Of a stretch of 32,000 nt of DNA, positions 8,462 to 17,151 are shown one piece after another. Every line of letters begins with the position of its first letter. The stretch's first letter is position 1. The DNA comes from Enterococcus timonensis (GTDB taxonomy: Bacteria; Bacillota; Bacilli; Lactobacillales; Enterococcaceae): the NCBI RefSeq assembly GCF_900104595.1, contig NZ_FNVY01000002.1:211515-243514 (forward strand). The letters run 5' to 3'. The notes under the pieces are model-generated. The model saw only the letters and a list, made by a program, of their open reading frames with translations. It was not told where the DNA came from and made no database searches. A program made the translations under genes and the position numbers.

Positions 8462-8956
8462 ATGATAATACCTGTGATTATTGCCCCTGACAAGCGGCTG
8501 CAAAGAGCCAGTCAGGCGGTGGTGGAAATTACTGAAGATACCGAACAATTACTAGACGACTTATATGAGACCATGATTGCCCACGATGGCATCGGCATTT
8601 CCGCGTGCCAAGTCGGCGTGATGCAACAAGTTTGTGTCATTCAAATAGATGAAGAAGATGAAGTGATTGAAATGATTAATCCGCGTCTGTTAAAAGGTTC
8701 CGGCGTTAATCTTGATTTGGAAGCTTGTTTATCGCTGCCGTATGTTTATGGAACGGTGGAACGTTTTGATCAAGTACTCGTAGAATATTTTGATCGCCAA
8801 GGAAATTTAATGGAGCTTGAAGCTGATGATTATTTAGCCCGCTGCGTGCAACACGAGCTGGATCATTTGGCCGGACATTTATTCACTGAAAAAATTATCG
8901 AACAAATTGCTTTAGAAAATGTTGATCAATGGATGGAGGAACACACACATGACTAG
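8462..8956 (+). CDS. def: peptide deformylase homologue with variant motifs 1 and 2
   Basis: The 164-aa ORF aligns colinearly with short Bacillus-type Def. Motif 1 reads GIGISACQ, against canonical G-phi-G-phi-AAxQ. Motif 2 reads EACLS, against EGCLS. Motif 3 QHELDH is intact. The gene sits in the conserved priA-def-fmt position. Confidence 0.85.
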   Translation: MIIPVIIAPDKRLQRASQAVVEITEDTEQLLDDLYETMIAHDGIGISACQVGVMQQVCVIQIDEEDEVIEMINPRLLKGSGVNLDLEACLSLPYVYGTVERFDQVLVEYFDRQGNLMELEADDYLARCVQHELDHLAGHLFTEKIIEQIALENVDQWMEEHTHD

Positions 8957-9890
8957 TATTATTTTTATGGGTACGCCACAATTTAGTGTGCCAATTTTAG
9001 AAGGACTCGTAGAAAATGAAAATTATCAAGTACTCGCTGTGGTCACTCAACCAGATCGATTGATCGGACGCAAAAAAATATTGACCCCAACTCCAGTGAA
9101 AATGGCAGCAACGCGTCTTAATCTTCCTGTGTTTCAACCAGAAAAATTATCCGGCTCAGACGAACTACAAGAAATTATTGCTTTAGCGCCAGACTTTATC
9201 GTGACGGCCGCTTACGGTCAATTTTTACCAGAAAAATTATTACAAGCGGCCAAAATTTTTCCGCTGAACGTTCACGCCTCTTTATTACCAAAATATCGAG
9301 GAGGCGCACCGATTCATTATGCCGTGATAAATGGCGATGAAAAAACTGGCGTCACAATTATGGAAATGGTGAAAAAAATGGACGCTGGCGGGATTTTTTC
9401 CCAAAAAGAAATTCCCATTGCCAAAACAGATGACACAGGTTTATTATTTGATAAACTTTCTATCGTTGGCCGCGATTTATTATTGGAAACTTTACCAGAA
9501 ATTATCGCCGGCCTAAAACCAGTGCCGCAAGATGAAACGCTAGTGACTTTTGCTCCGAATATTACAAAAGAACAAGAAAAAATTAATTTTGAAAAACCGG
9601 CCAAAGAGATTGTTCGCTTAATTCACGGCTTGCGCCCGGCTCCAGGAGCTTTTGCGCTATTATCAAATGAAGCGCGCTTTAAAATTTGGGAAGCTACTGT
9701 GGCAACTGAGGTAACGAATGCTAACTGCGGAACTGTCTTAGCGGCGGATGATAAAATTTGGATTGCGTGTGGCGAAAATTCTGTTTTAGATGTGCAACAA
9801 ATTCAAGCAGCTGGAAAAAAACAAATGACGACCGCCGAATTTTTAAAAGGCGCTAGTAAAGAATTACAAGTTGGGATGGTTTTTGAATGA
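8949..9890 (+). CDS. fmt: methionyl-tRNA formyltransferase
   Basis: The start was moved to the ATG at 8949 (MTSIIFMGTPQFSVPILE), with RBS GGAGGAAC. It overlaps the def stop codon (ATGACTAG). Motifs include NVHASLLPKYRGGAPI. Confidence 0.95.
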   Translation: MTSIIFMGTPQFSVPILEGLVENENYQVLAVVTQPDRLIGRKKILTPTPVKMAATRLNLPVFQPEKLSGSDELQEIIALAPDFIVTAAYGQFLPEKLLQAAKIFPLNVHASLLPKYRGGAPIHYAVINGDEKTGVTIMEMVKKMDAGGIFSQKEIPIAKTDDTGLLFDKLSIVGRDLLLETLPEIIAGLKPVPQDETLVTFAPNITKEQEKINFEKPAKEIVRLIHGLRPAPGAFALLSNEARFKIWEATVATEVTNANCGTVLAADDKIWIACGENSVLDVQQIQAAGKKQMTTAEFLKGASKELQVGMVFE

Positions 9891-11224
9891 AAAAAGTTCC
9901 TGAAGGATTTAAAAGAAATCCGCGTTTTTTAGCTATGGCGGCGATTGAACAAAGTCACAACGGTGGCTATTCGAACCTCCTAGTGAAACAAACGATTAAA
10001 AAAAATAAATTAAGTCCGGAAGACGGCCGGCTTTTTACCGAAATTGTCTACGGCACGATTATGTATTCTCTATATTTAGATTATCAACTGGCACCTTATC
10101 TTGAAAAACAAAAAAAGATTTTGCCTTGGGTCAATGTTTTATTAAAAAGCGCCCTTTACCAAATGATTTTTTTAAGCCGAGTACCTGATCATGCGATTTT
10201 AAATGAGTCAGTGGACATTGCCAAGAAATATGGTCATACCGGTCTAGGAAAATTAATTAATGGTGTTTTACGAAACGTCCAAAGAAATGGCAAAAGAAAT
10301 CTCGATGAAATTACTGATCCGCTAGAACGTTTGTCTATTGAAGCTAGTTTCCCGTTACCTTTATTAACTTTTTTAGATCAACAATTAGGATTTGAAAAAA
10401 CTAGCGCCTTAGCAAAAAGTTTGCTAACCCCAAGTCGCGTTTCAGCTCGGGTGGACCTGTCTGAAATTTCCCGCAAATATGCCCAACAGCAATTAACGAA
10501 AGAAGGAATTGAAACAGAATTTTCTCGTCTTTCGCCAGCTGGACTAGTGGGGGAAAAAGGATTTTTAGCCGGTTCTTCTTTATTTGAACAAGGACTCATC
10601 ACTATTCAAGATGAAACATCGATGTTAGTGGCGCCGATTTTAGATGTCCATGAAGATGCCCAAGTGCTAGATGCTTGTGCGGCTCCTGGTGGCAAAACGA
10701 CACATATCGCAAGTTTTTTAACAACGGGTCGGGTAACCGCGATTGATATTCATCAACATAAAGTCAAATTAATTGAAGAAAATGCGGAACGTCTTCATGT
10801 GACTGAAAAAATTTGGGCAGAAATTGGCGATGCCAGACTAGCCCATAAACAATTCCAAAAAAATTCTTTTGATCGTATTTTAGTTGATGCACCATGTTCA
10901 GGTCTTGGTCTGATGCGGCGCAAACCAGATATTAAATATCAAAAAAATCCCCAAGATTTTCTAAGATTGCCTGAAATTCAGCTGGAAATTTTAGAAAGTT
11001 GCGCACAAGTCTTGAAATTAGAGGGTATAATGGTTTACAGTACATGTACGATTAATATTTTAGAAAATGAAGAAGTCGTGCAAGAATTTTTGAAACGTCA
11101 TCCAGAATTTATTTTGGAACAAATAAAAACAGATTTTGCAGGAACAGTGGATACATTAACGATTTATCCGCAAGATTTCGGGACAGACGGCTTTTTTATT
11201 AGTCGTTTGAAAAAAATTGCTTAG
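9887..11224 (+). CDS. rsmB: 16S rRNA (cytosine967-C5)-methyltransferase RsmB/Sun
   Basis: The 445-aa ORF has an ATGA overlap with fmt. It has an N-terminal NusB-like region, SAM-binding motif DACAAPGGKT, and catalytic motifs DAPCSGLG and YSTCT. Confidence 0.93.
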   Translation: MKKVPEGFKRNPRFLAMAAIEQSHNGGYSNLLVKQTIKKNKLSPEDGRLFTEIVYGTIMYSLYLDYQLAPYLEKQKKILPWVNVLLKSALYQMIFLSRVPDHAILNESVDIAKKYGHTGLGKLINGVLRNVQRNGKRNLDEITDPLERLSIEASFPLPLLTFLDQQLGFEKTSALAKSLLTPSRVSARVDLSEISRKYAQQQLTKEGIETEFSRLSPAGLVGEKGFLAGSSLFEQGLITIQDETSMLVAPILDVHEDAQVLDACAAPGGKTTHIASFLTTGRVTAIDIHQHKVKLIEENAERLHVTEKIWAEIGDARLAHKQFQKNSFDRILVDAPCSGLGLMRRKPDIKYQKNPQDFLRLPEIQLEILESCAQVLKLEGIMVYSTCTINILENEEVVQEFLKRHPEFILEQIKTDFAGTVDTLTIYPQDFGTDGFFISRLKKIA

Positions 11225-11247
11225 GAAATTTTTGAGAAGGTGAAATG

Positions 11248-11994
11248 ATGGAGATCCAATATTTAGTGGACCAAGGGCTAAAACGCAGAAGCAATCAAGA
11301 CTTTGCCGGGCTCTTTAAAAATCAAAGAAACCAAACGCTAGCTATTGTTGCTGACGGCATGGGTGGACATTTAGCCGGTGACGTTGCTTCAAAAATGGCA
11401 GTGGAAGAATTAGGGGAACAATTTAAACAGACTTCTTTTGAGCGTGCGCAAGAAGCCACCTACTGGTTTATTCAACAGCTCCAAAATGAAAATCAACGGA
11501 TTTATGCTAAAGGTCAAGAAAATCCGAATTTTTTTGGCATGGGAACAACCGTTGTGGCTTTAATTATTTTTGAAGACGAATTTGTTTTGGCTCATGTGGG
11601 TGATTCGCGGGCTTATTTATTGAAAAACCAACAGTTGCGGCAAATTACAGTGGATCATTCTCTCGTCCAAGAATTAGTCAACCAAGGAGAAATTACGCCG
11701 GCGATGGCCAAAGCCCATCCACAAAAAAATGTGGTGACTCGTTCAGTAGGGATGCCAGGCACGGTGGAAGTTGACGTAATGAGCATGAAAATTTTTGGCG
11801 ACGAACAAATTTTGCTAAGCTCAGACGGTTTAACCAATATGGTTGACGACGATGTTTTAGCAGAAGTTCTAATGAGCGAGCGCACTACCCAAGAAAAAGT
11901 GAATACTTTAGTTGAGACGGCTAATAAAAATGGCGGACTCGATAATATTACAGTAATGGTCATCGACTTTAATAAAGGAGCAAGGCATGATTGA
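11248..11994 (+). CDS. prpC: PP2C-family Ser/Thr protein phosphatase
   Basis: Motifs are [33 protein letters not shown] and DNITV. Two adjacent ATG codons lie at 11245 and 11248. The second has better spacing from the AAGGTG RBS. The gene overlaps the kinase gene by 8 nt. Confidence 0.93.
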   Translation: MEIQYLVDQGLKRRSNQDFAGLFKNQRNQTLAIVADGMGGHLAGDVASKMAVEELGEQFKQTSFERAQEATYWFIQQLQNENQRIYAKGQENPNFFGMGTTVVALIIFEDEFVLAHVGDSRAYLLKNQQLRQITVDHSLVQELVNQGEITPAMAKAHPQKNVVTRSVGMPGTVEVDVMSMKIFGDEQILLSSDGLTNMVDDDVLAEVLMSERTTQEKVNTLVETANKNGGLDNITVMVIDFNKGARHD

Positions 11995-14002
11995 AATTGG
12001 CAAAAAACTAAATGGTCGTTATAAAATCATCGGCAATATTGGTCAAGGTGGAATGGCGAATGTTTATTTAGCGCAAGATCTTATTTTAAAAAGACAAGTT
12101 GCAGTCAAAGTATTGCGCTTTGACTTTCAAAATGATCAAGCTGCGATTCGTCGTTTCCAACGGGAAGCTTTGGCGGCCACTGAACTTGTTCATCCAAATA
12201 TTGTGCAAGTTTATGACGTCGGTGAAGAAGACGGCATGCAATATTTAGTGATGGAATATGTAAAAGGAATGGATCTTAAAAGATATATTCACCAAAATTC
12301 GCCGTTGCGGTATCAACAAGCGGTAAACATTATGGAACAAATTTTATCAGCTATCGCCCTGGCACATCAACATCGCATTATTCATCGGGATTTAAAACCG
12401 CAAAATATTTTAATTGATGAAGACGGCGTTGTAAAAATTACGGACTTCGGGATTGCGATTGCTTTATCGGAAACTTCGATTACTCAAACCAACAGCATGC
12501 TCGGTTCCGTTCATTATTTATCGCCAGAGCAAGCCCGCGGTGGCATGGCCACTCGCCAGTCAGATATTTATGCACTAGGAATTATTTTATATGAAATGCT
12601 TTCTGGAAAAGTGCCATTTGACGGAGAGTCGGCCGTTTCTATTGCTTTAAAACATTTTCAAAATGATTTGCCTTCTTTAACAGTGGCCGATCCGAATTTG
12701 CCGCAAGCATTAGAAAATGTTGTCTTACATGCAACTTCTAAAGAACCGGTGGATCGTTATCAAACGGTGGAAGACATGGCAGAAGATTTAAAAACATGTT
12801 TAGATATTTCTCGCGCCAATGAAGCGCGCTTTGAACCCGTGGGCTTAAATGGCGACACGGTAATTTTAGGACCGATTCCAAAAGATGCGCCAATGCCTAC
12901 TTCATTTAAAAAAATGGAAAATGTTGAAGAAAATGAAACACCTAGCGCATCAGTGGCACCTGAGATGCCGCCGAAAAATAAAACTAAAAAAAATCGCAAA
13001 CCATTAATTATCGGTTTAGTTGCGGCACTTGTTTTAATTTTAGGAACAGTCATTGCTTTGGCACTTAGCGCGCCCGATGATGTGACGGTGCCAGATGTTA
13101 GCGAGTTGACAGTGGAAGAAGCGACTGATGAATTAATTAGCGCGAAGTTAAAAGTAGCAAGTGAAGTGAAAGAAGTAGCCGATGACGAGATTGAAAAAGG
13201 GTTAGTCGTTAAAACAGATCCAGAATCAGGCGCTGAGGTGAAAGAAGAACGGGAAGTTATTTTATATGTAAGTTCTGGTCCTGGAGAAATTGAAATGCCT
13301 GATGTCACCAAGATGAGTTTGGCTGAAGCGACTAGCCAATTAATTAAAGCAGGTTTTTCAGAAGAAAATATTAAAAGTGAAGAAGATTTTTCGGCTGATG
13401 TTGAAGCGGAATTAGTTGCTAAACAAGATCCAGAAGCTAAAGAAAAAGCCAATCCCGATCAAGTAATCACTTTAACGATTTCTAAAGGTCCTGAACTAAA
13501 AGAAATTGATAATTATGTCGGCCGCACAGAAAGTGAAGCCACCGATTCTTTATTAGCATTAGGTTTTTCTAGTAGCCAAATTCAAATTGTTTATCTCGAA
13601 TCAACACAAGCGGCTAACACTGTCCTTTCACAAGATCCTGCCAGTGGCACTTCTTTAAATCCTAAAGAAGATAATGTCACCTTAACTGTTAGCCAGGCAC
13701 CAGAAGTAATTACTTTGCCAAGTTTTGCTGGCCAAACAAAAACGCAAATTTCACAATATATGACCGATAATGGTTTGTATGTGACTTATGTAGAAGAATA
13801 CAGCAGTACGGTTGCTAAAGGATTGGCTGTTTCTAGTAATCCAGCATCGGGTTCGACTGTTAAAGTCGGCGCCACAATTTCGGTAGTTATTTCATCGGGA
13901 CCACAAGCGGTAACGCCGCCAAGTTCTTCCACACCGGAATCATCGACAGTAGAATCATCAACGGAAGAATCAACGCCAACATCTTCAAGCGAACAACCAT
14001 AA
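11987..14002 (+). CDS. prkC: PASTA-domain Ser/Thr protein kinase (PrkC/PknB/StkP/IreK family)
   Basis: The 671-aa ORF carries a Hanks kinase domain ([28 protein letters not shown]). One TM helix follows ([21 protein letters not shown]), then four ~65-aa PASTA-like repeats each ending in S(S/K/Q)GP/AP, then a Ser/Thr/Glu/Pro-rich tail. Confidence 0.95.
   Translation: MIEIGKKLNGRYKIIGNIGQGGMANVYLAQDLILKRQVAVKVLRFDFQNDQAAIRRFQREALAATELVHPNIVQVYDVGEEDGMQYLVMEYVKGMDLKRYIHQNSPLRYQQAVNIMEQILSAIALAHQHRIIHRDLKPQNILIDEDGVVKITDFGIAIALSETSITQTNSMLGSVHYLSPEQARGGMATRQSDIYALGIILYEMLSGKVPFDGESAVSIALKHFQNDLPSLTVADPNLPQALENVVLHATSKEPVDRYQTVEDMAEDLKTCLDISRANEARFEPVGLNGDTVILGPIPKDAPMPTSFKKMENVEENETPSASVAPEMPPKNKTKKNRKPLIIGLVAALVLILGTVIALALSAPDDVTVPDVSELTVEEATDELISAKLKVASEVKEVADDEIEKGLVVKTDPESGAEVKEEREVILYVSSGPGEIEMPDVTKMSLAEATSQLIKAGFSEENIKSEEDFSADVEAELVAKQDPEAKEKANPDQVITLTISKGPELKEIDNYVGRTESEATDSLLALGFSSSQIQIVYLESTQAANTVLSQDPASGTSLNPKEDNVTLTVSQAPEVITLPSFAGQTKTQISQYMTDNGLYVTYVEEYSSTVAKGLAVSSNPASGSTVKVGATISVVISSGPQAVTPPSSSTPESSTVESSTEESTPTSSSEQP
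13937..13981 (+). repeat. three imperfect tandem 15-nt repeats encoding the [15 protein letters not shown] tail of PrkC
   Basis: The units are GAATCATCGACAGTA, GAATCATCAACGGAA and GAATCAACGCCAACA, read directly from the sequence. Confidence 0.6.
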
Positions 14003-14015
14003 AATAAATAAAAAA

Positions 14016-14054
14016 AGCAATCAAAACCTCACAAGATTTTGGTTGCTTTTTTTG
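14016..14054 (+). terminator. rho-independent terminator after prkC
   Basis: An 11-bp stem AGCAATCAAAA (14016-14026) / TTTTGGTTGCT (14037-14047), with one G-U pair, is followed by a T7 run. Confidence 0.75.
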
Positions 14055-14091
14055 TGTTAAAATAGAATGAATGAATAACGGAGGTGGATTT

Positions 14092-14970
14092 TTGCAAGGA
14101 CAAATTATTAAAGCAGTCAGTGGATTTTATTATGTAGCTACAGTGCAAGGAGAAATTTTTCAAACGCGCGGACGAGGAATTTTGCGGCAAAAAAAATTAG
14201 CCCCCCTCGTTGGCGATTATGTAGAATTTTCAGCGGCCAATCAAACAGACGGCGCTTTAGAAGAAATTTTACCGCGAAAAAATCAAATGATTCGTCCCAC
14301 CGTGGCCAATGTTGATTTAGGTGTGGTAGTCATGAGTGCTAGAAAACCTAATTTTTCGCTAAATTTATTGGACCGCTTTTTAGTGCATTTAGAATTTTTC
14401 AAAATTTCAGCTTTACTTTTTGTCACGAAACTTGATTTAGTCGAAGATATCGATCAAGATGAATTTTTAACAGTGCAAAAAGATTATCAAAAAATTGGCT
14501 ATCCGGTGATTTTAAGTAACAAAAATGAACTGGAAAAATATTTTCCTCATCAGCTGACGGTTTTTATGGGTCAATCTGGAGCTGGCAAATCGACTTTATT
14601 AAATGAATTAGCACCGGACTTAACTTTAGCCACCGGTGAAATTTCAGAAAGTCTTGGCCGTGGTCGCCATACTACGCGCCACGTGGAGCTGCATCCCTTA
14701 TTCAATGGATTAATTGCCGACACACCAGGATTTAGTTCTTTGGATTTTCCTGATGAGATGACTCCAGAAGTGTTGCCGTATTTATTTCCGGAAATTGGTG
14801 AGACGAGTGCCGGCTGCAAATTCCGCCAGTGTTCTCATACAAATGAACCAGGTTGCGCGGTTAAAGAAGCAGTGTTACATCACGAAATTTTAAACAGTCG
14901 TTACGAAAATTATCAACAGTTTTTAAAAGAGATTAAAGAAAAAAAACCGCAGTATAAAAAAGGAGTCTAA
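14092..14970 (+). CDS. rsgA: ribosome small-subunit-dependent GTPase A (YloQ/CpgA)
   Basis: The tracked ORF starts at 14071. The in-frame TTG at 14092 sits 5 nt behind GGAGGTGG and gives the typical N-terminus (M)QGQIIKAVSGFYYV. The ORF has the circularly permuted GTPase motifs TKLDL and GQSGAGKSTL, and C-terminal zinc knuckle CKFRQCSHTNEPGC. Confidence 0.92.
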   Translation: MQGQIIKAVSGFYYVATVQGEIFQTRGRGILRQKKLAPLVGDYVEFSAANQTDGALEEILPRKNQMIRPTVANVDLGVVVMSARKPNFSLNLLDRFLVHLEFFKISALLFVTKLDLVEDIDQDEFLTVQKDYQKIGYPVILSNKNELEKYFPHQLTVFMGQSGAGKSTLLNELAPDLTLATGEISESLGRGRHTTRHVELHPLFNGLIADTPGFSSLDFPDEMTPEVLPYLFPEIGETSAGCKFRQCSHTNEPGCAVKEAVLHHEILNSRYENYQQFLKEIKEKKPQYKKGV

Positions 14971-14973
14971 CTA

Positions 14974-15624
14974 ATGAAAATTTCCCCCTCGATTTTATCC
15001 GCTGATTTTGCCCATTTAGCCCGCGATGTTCAAATTGTTGAAAAGGCCGGCGCACAGTACTTGCATATTGATATTATGGATGGCCATTTTGTTCCTAATC
15101 TTACGTTTGGGCCAAATGTTGTGGCCGCTTTAAGAAAAGATTCGCAACTAGTTTTCGATGTTCATTTGATGATTGAACATCCGGAAAATTTTGTGGAAGA
15201 TTTTGCTAAAGCAGGTGCTAATATTATTATGGTTCACCAAGAAAGTACCGTTCATTTGCATGGAGTTTTACAACAAATTAAAAAACTCGGCGCTCGGGCT
15301 GGGGTGGTCATTAATCCCGGAACGCCGGTAGTGATGATTGAACCTGTTTTATCATTAGTCGATCAAGTTTTAGTGATGACAGTCAATCCTGGTTTTGGCG
15401 GCCAACAATTTATTCCAGAAACGGTTGAAAAAATTGTCGAACTGAAAAAGTTACAAAAAAAATTAGGCCTTGATTTTGATATTGAAGTGGATGGCGGTAT
15501 TAATGAAAAAACTGCTGTAACTTGTCAAGAAGCTGGCGCCAATGTTTTTGTCGCAGGATCTTTTATTTTTAATAGTGAGAATCCTACTGAAAAAATTCTA
15601 ACATTAAAAGAGGCCTTAGCATGA
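14974..15624 (+). CDS. rpe: ribulose-phosphate 3-epimerase
   Basis: The 216-aa ORF contains KISPSILSADFAHL, HIDIMDGHFVPN, MTVNPGFGGQQF and DGGIN. Confidence 0.95.
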   Translation: MKISPSILSADFAHLARDVQIVEKAGAQYLHIDIMDGHFVPNLTFGPNVVAALRKDSQLVFDVHLMIEHPENFVEDFAKAGANIIMVHQESTVHLHGVLQQIKKLGARAGVVINPGTPVVMIEPVLSLVDQVLVMTVNPGFGGQQFIPETVEKIVELKKLQKKLGLDFDIEVDGGINEKTAVTCQEAGANVFVAGSFIFNSENPTEKILTLKEALA

Positions 15625-16289
15625 AAGTAGTTTTAGTGGCAGGTCATTTGGAAAAAGACTTTGCTGAACAATTTTTAAAAAAAATCAATCCCGACGATCA
15701 ACTCGTGGGGATTGATTATGGGGCTTATTTTTTAATTGAAGCAGGCTTCAAACTAGCTTTAGCGGTGGGAGATTTTGATTCATTAAGTGCGAGCCAATTA
15801 GAAAAAGTGAAAAAAGAAACGCCTGAAGTAATTTTACTGCCCGCTGAAAAAGATGATACCGATACGCAAGCTGCGTTAGTAAAAGCGCTAGAAAAATTTC
15901 CTGAAGCTACGCAATATATTTTATTAGGGGCGATTGGCGGACGGATAGATCATTTTTTGGCTAATTTATATTTGCCATTAGAAAGTCGATTTTATCCGGT
16001 AATGAAAAAAATCCAATTGCAATCTTCCGACAATCAAATTAATTTTTTCGCCCCAGGTCAATATACGATTGAAAAAAATCCGGAGATGACTTATTTAGCT
16101 TATGTGGCGCTTGTTCCAGTTGTCAATCTTAGTTTAACTAAAAGTCGCTACACGTTGGATAATCAAATTGTCAGCCAACCTTTTTCATTTGCTAGTAATG
16201 AATTTATCGGAAGTACGGCTGAATTTTCCTTTGATAGTGGAGTTATAGCCGTGATTCAAAGTCGCGATCAAATAAAAAAAGACCGATGA
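15621..16289 (+). CDS. thiN: thiamine pyrophosphokinase
   Basis: The 222-aa ORF has an ATGA overlap with rpe. It contains GDFDS and EKDDTD...GAIGGRIDH motifs and occupies the conserved position after rpe (B. subtilis yloS). Confidence 0.88.
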   Translation: MKVVLVAGHLEKDFAEQFLKKINPDDQLVGIDYGAYFLIEAGFKLALAVGDFDSLSASQLEKVKKETPEVILLPAEKDDTDTQAALVKALEKFPEATQYILLGAIGGRIDHFLANLYLPLESRFYPVMKKIQLQSSDNQINFFAPGQYTIEKNPEMTYLAYVALVPVVNLSLTKSRYTLDNQIVSQPFSFASNEFIGSTAEFSFDSGVIAVIQSRDQIKKDR

Positions 16290-16315
16290 GTTAGACTCAC
16301 CGGTTTTATTTTTAT
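16282..16315. terminator. bidirectional terminator shared by thiN (+) and rpmB (-)
   Basis: Stem ACCGATGAGT (16282-16291) / ACTCACCGGT (16295-16304) has one mismatch. T-runs lie downstream on both strands. The stem overlaps the thiN stop codon. Confidence 0.65.
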
Positions 16316-16319
16316 GAAA

Positions 16320-16508
16320 TTAAACGCGTTCAACTTTACCTGATTTCAAAGCACGAGCAGACACCCAGACTTTTTTAGGTTTGCCATCGATTAAAACACG
16401 AACCTTTTGCAGATTAGGTTTTACGGTACGTTTAGATGCATTCATTGCATGGGAGCGATTATTACCGCTACGAGTTTTACGTCCGGTAAAATAACATACT
16501 TTTGCCAT
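16320..16508 (-). CDS. rpmB: 50S ribosomal protein L28
   Basis: The 62-aa ORF reads [62 protein letters not shown], which is unmistakably L28. RBS AAAGGAGGAAC precedes it. Confidence 0.97.
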   Translation of the reverse strand: MAKVCYFTGRKTRSGNNRSHAMNASKRTVKPNLQKVRVLIDGKPKKVWVSARALKSGKVERV

Positions 16509-16562
16509 TTGTTGTTCCTCCTTTGCTTCGATCTTCGAGCTAACTTAAGCTCATACTAGAAT

Positions 16563-16591
16563 AATTTAGCATAAATAGCTGGTCAATGCAA
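16563..16591 (-). promoter_or_regulatory. candidate rpmB promoter
   Basis: On the - strand: -35 TTGCAT (rc of 16586-16591), a 17-nt spacer, then TGcTAAATT, an extended -10 (the -10 hexamer is rc of 16563-16568). Confidence 0.5.
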
Positions 16592-16671
16592 GTAAAATTC
16601 CAAGTTGAACTATTTTTTTTCATTAAATCCGGCTGCTTTTTTTAACGTTCCTTTATTTTCCAGCCGGGGTA

Positions 16672-16680
16672 TGATAGAAT
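16672..16680 (+). promoter_or_regulatory. candidate extended -10 promoter for asp23-fakA
   Basis: TGaTAGAAT lies at 16672-16680, with a poor -35 (TTTATT), about 85 nt upstream of the asp23 ATG. Confidence 0.35.
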
Positions 16681-16764
16681 TGTCAAAGAAAATGGGAATT
16701 TATTTTCCATTTTTTTAAACTGAAAATGAAATGTTAAAAATGAATTTTAAAAGGAGGATTTCCG

Positions 16765-17127
16765 ATGGCAGTCAAAATTAAAACACCAGCCGGGACGATT
16801 GAAATTGCTAATGAAGTCATTGCCACTGTAGTTGGTGGAGCAGCAACTGATATTTATGGCATCGTCGGGATGGCCAGCAAAAATCAAATTCGTGACAATT
16901 TAAATGAAATTTTACGTAAAGAAAATTATTCAAGAGGCGTTGTTGTTCGTCAAGAAGAAAATGGTGTGGCCGTTGATGTCTACACGATTATTAGTTATGG
17001 CACGAAGATCTCGGAAGTTTCTAAAAATGTCCAAGAAAAAGTAAAATACAATTTAGAAACCATGTTGGGGATTAGCGCAAATTCCGTGAATGTTTACGTT
17101 CAAGGCGTTCGTGTGTTACCAGACTAA
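16765..17127 (+). CDS. Asp23/Gls24-family envelope stress protein (YloU-like)
   Basis: The 120-aa ORF contains GTIEIANEVIATVVGGAATDIYGIVGM...VAVDVYTIISYGTKISEVSKNVQEKV, typical of Asp23/DUF322. It occupies the conserved position upstream of the DAK2 gene. Confidence 0.9.
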   Translation: MAVKIKTPAGTIEIANEVIATVVGGAATDIYGIVGMASKNQIRDNLNEILRKENYSRGVVVRQEENGVAVDVYTIISYGTKISEVSKNVQEKVKYNLETMLGISANSVNVYVQGVRVLPD

Positions 17128-17151
17128 GTCGAGATTTGAGGAGGATTAATC

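Noticed and set aside
9887-11994. Genes missing relative to the B. subtilis order: rlmN between rsmB and prpC, coaBC between rpoZ and priA, and fapR/fabD/fabG around plsX-acpP
   Set aside because: This compact arrangement is the usual one in Lactobacillales as far as I know. It reflects lineage-typical synteny rather than a local deletion. No scars or pseudogene fragments are visible at the junctions.
12760-13452. 230-aa minus-strand ORF, the longest unannotated ORF in the window
   Set aside because: It is antisense to the PASTA-repeat region of prkC. Its S/T/A-rich low-complexity sequence is the mirror image of the GAA/GAT/AAA-rich sense codons, and it has no RBS.
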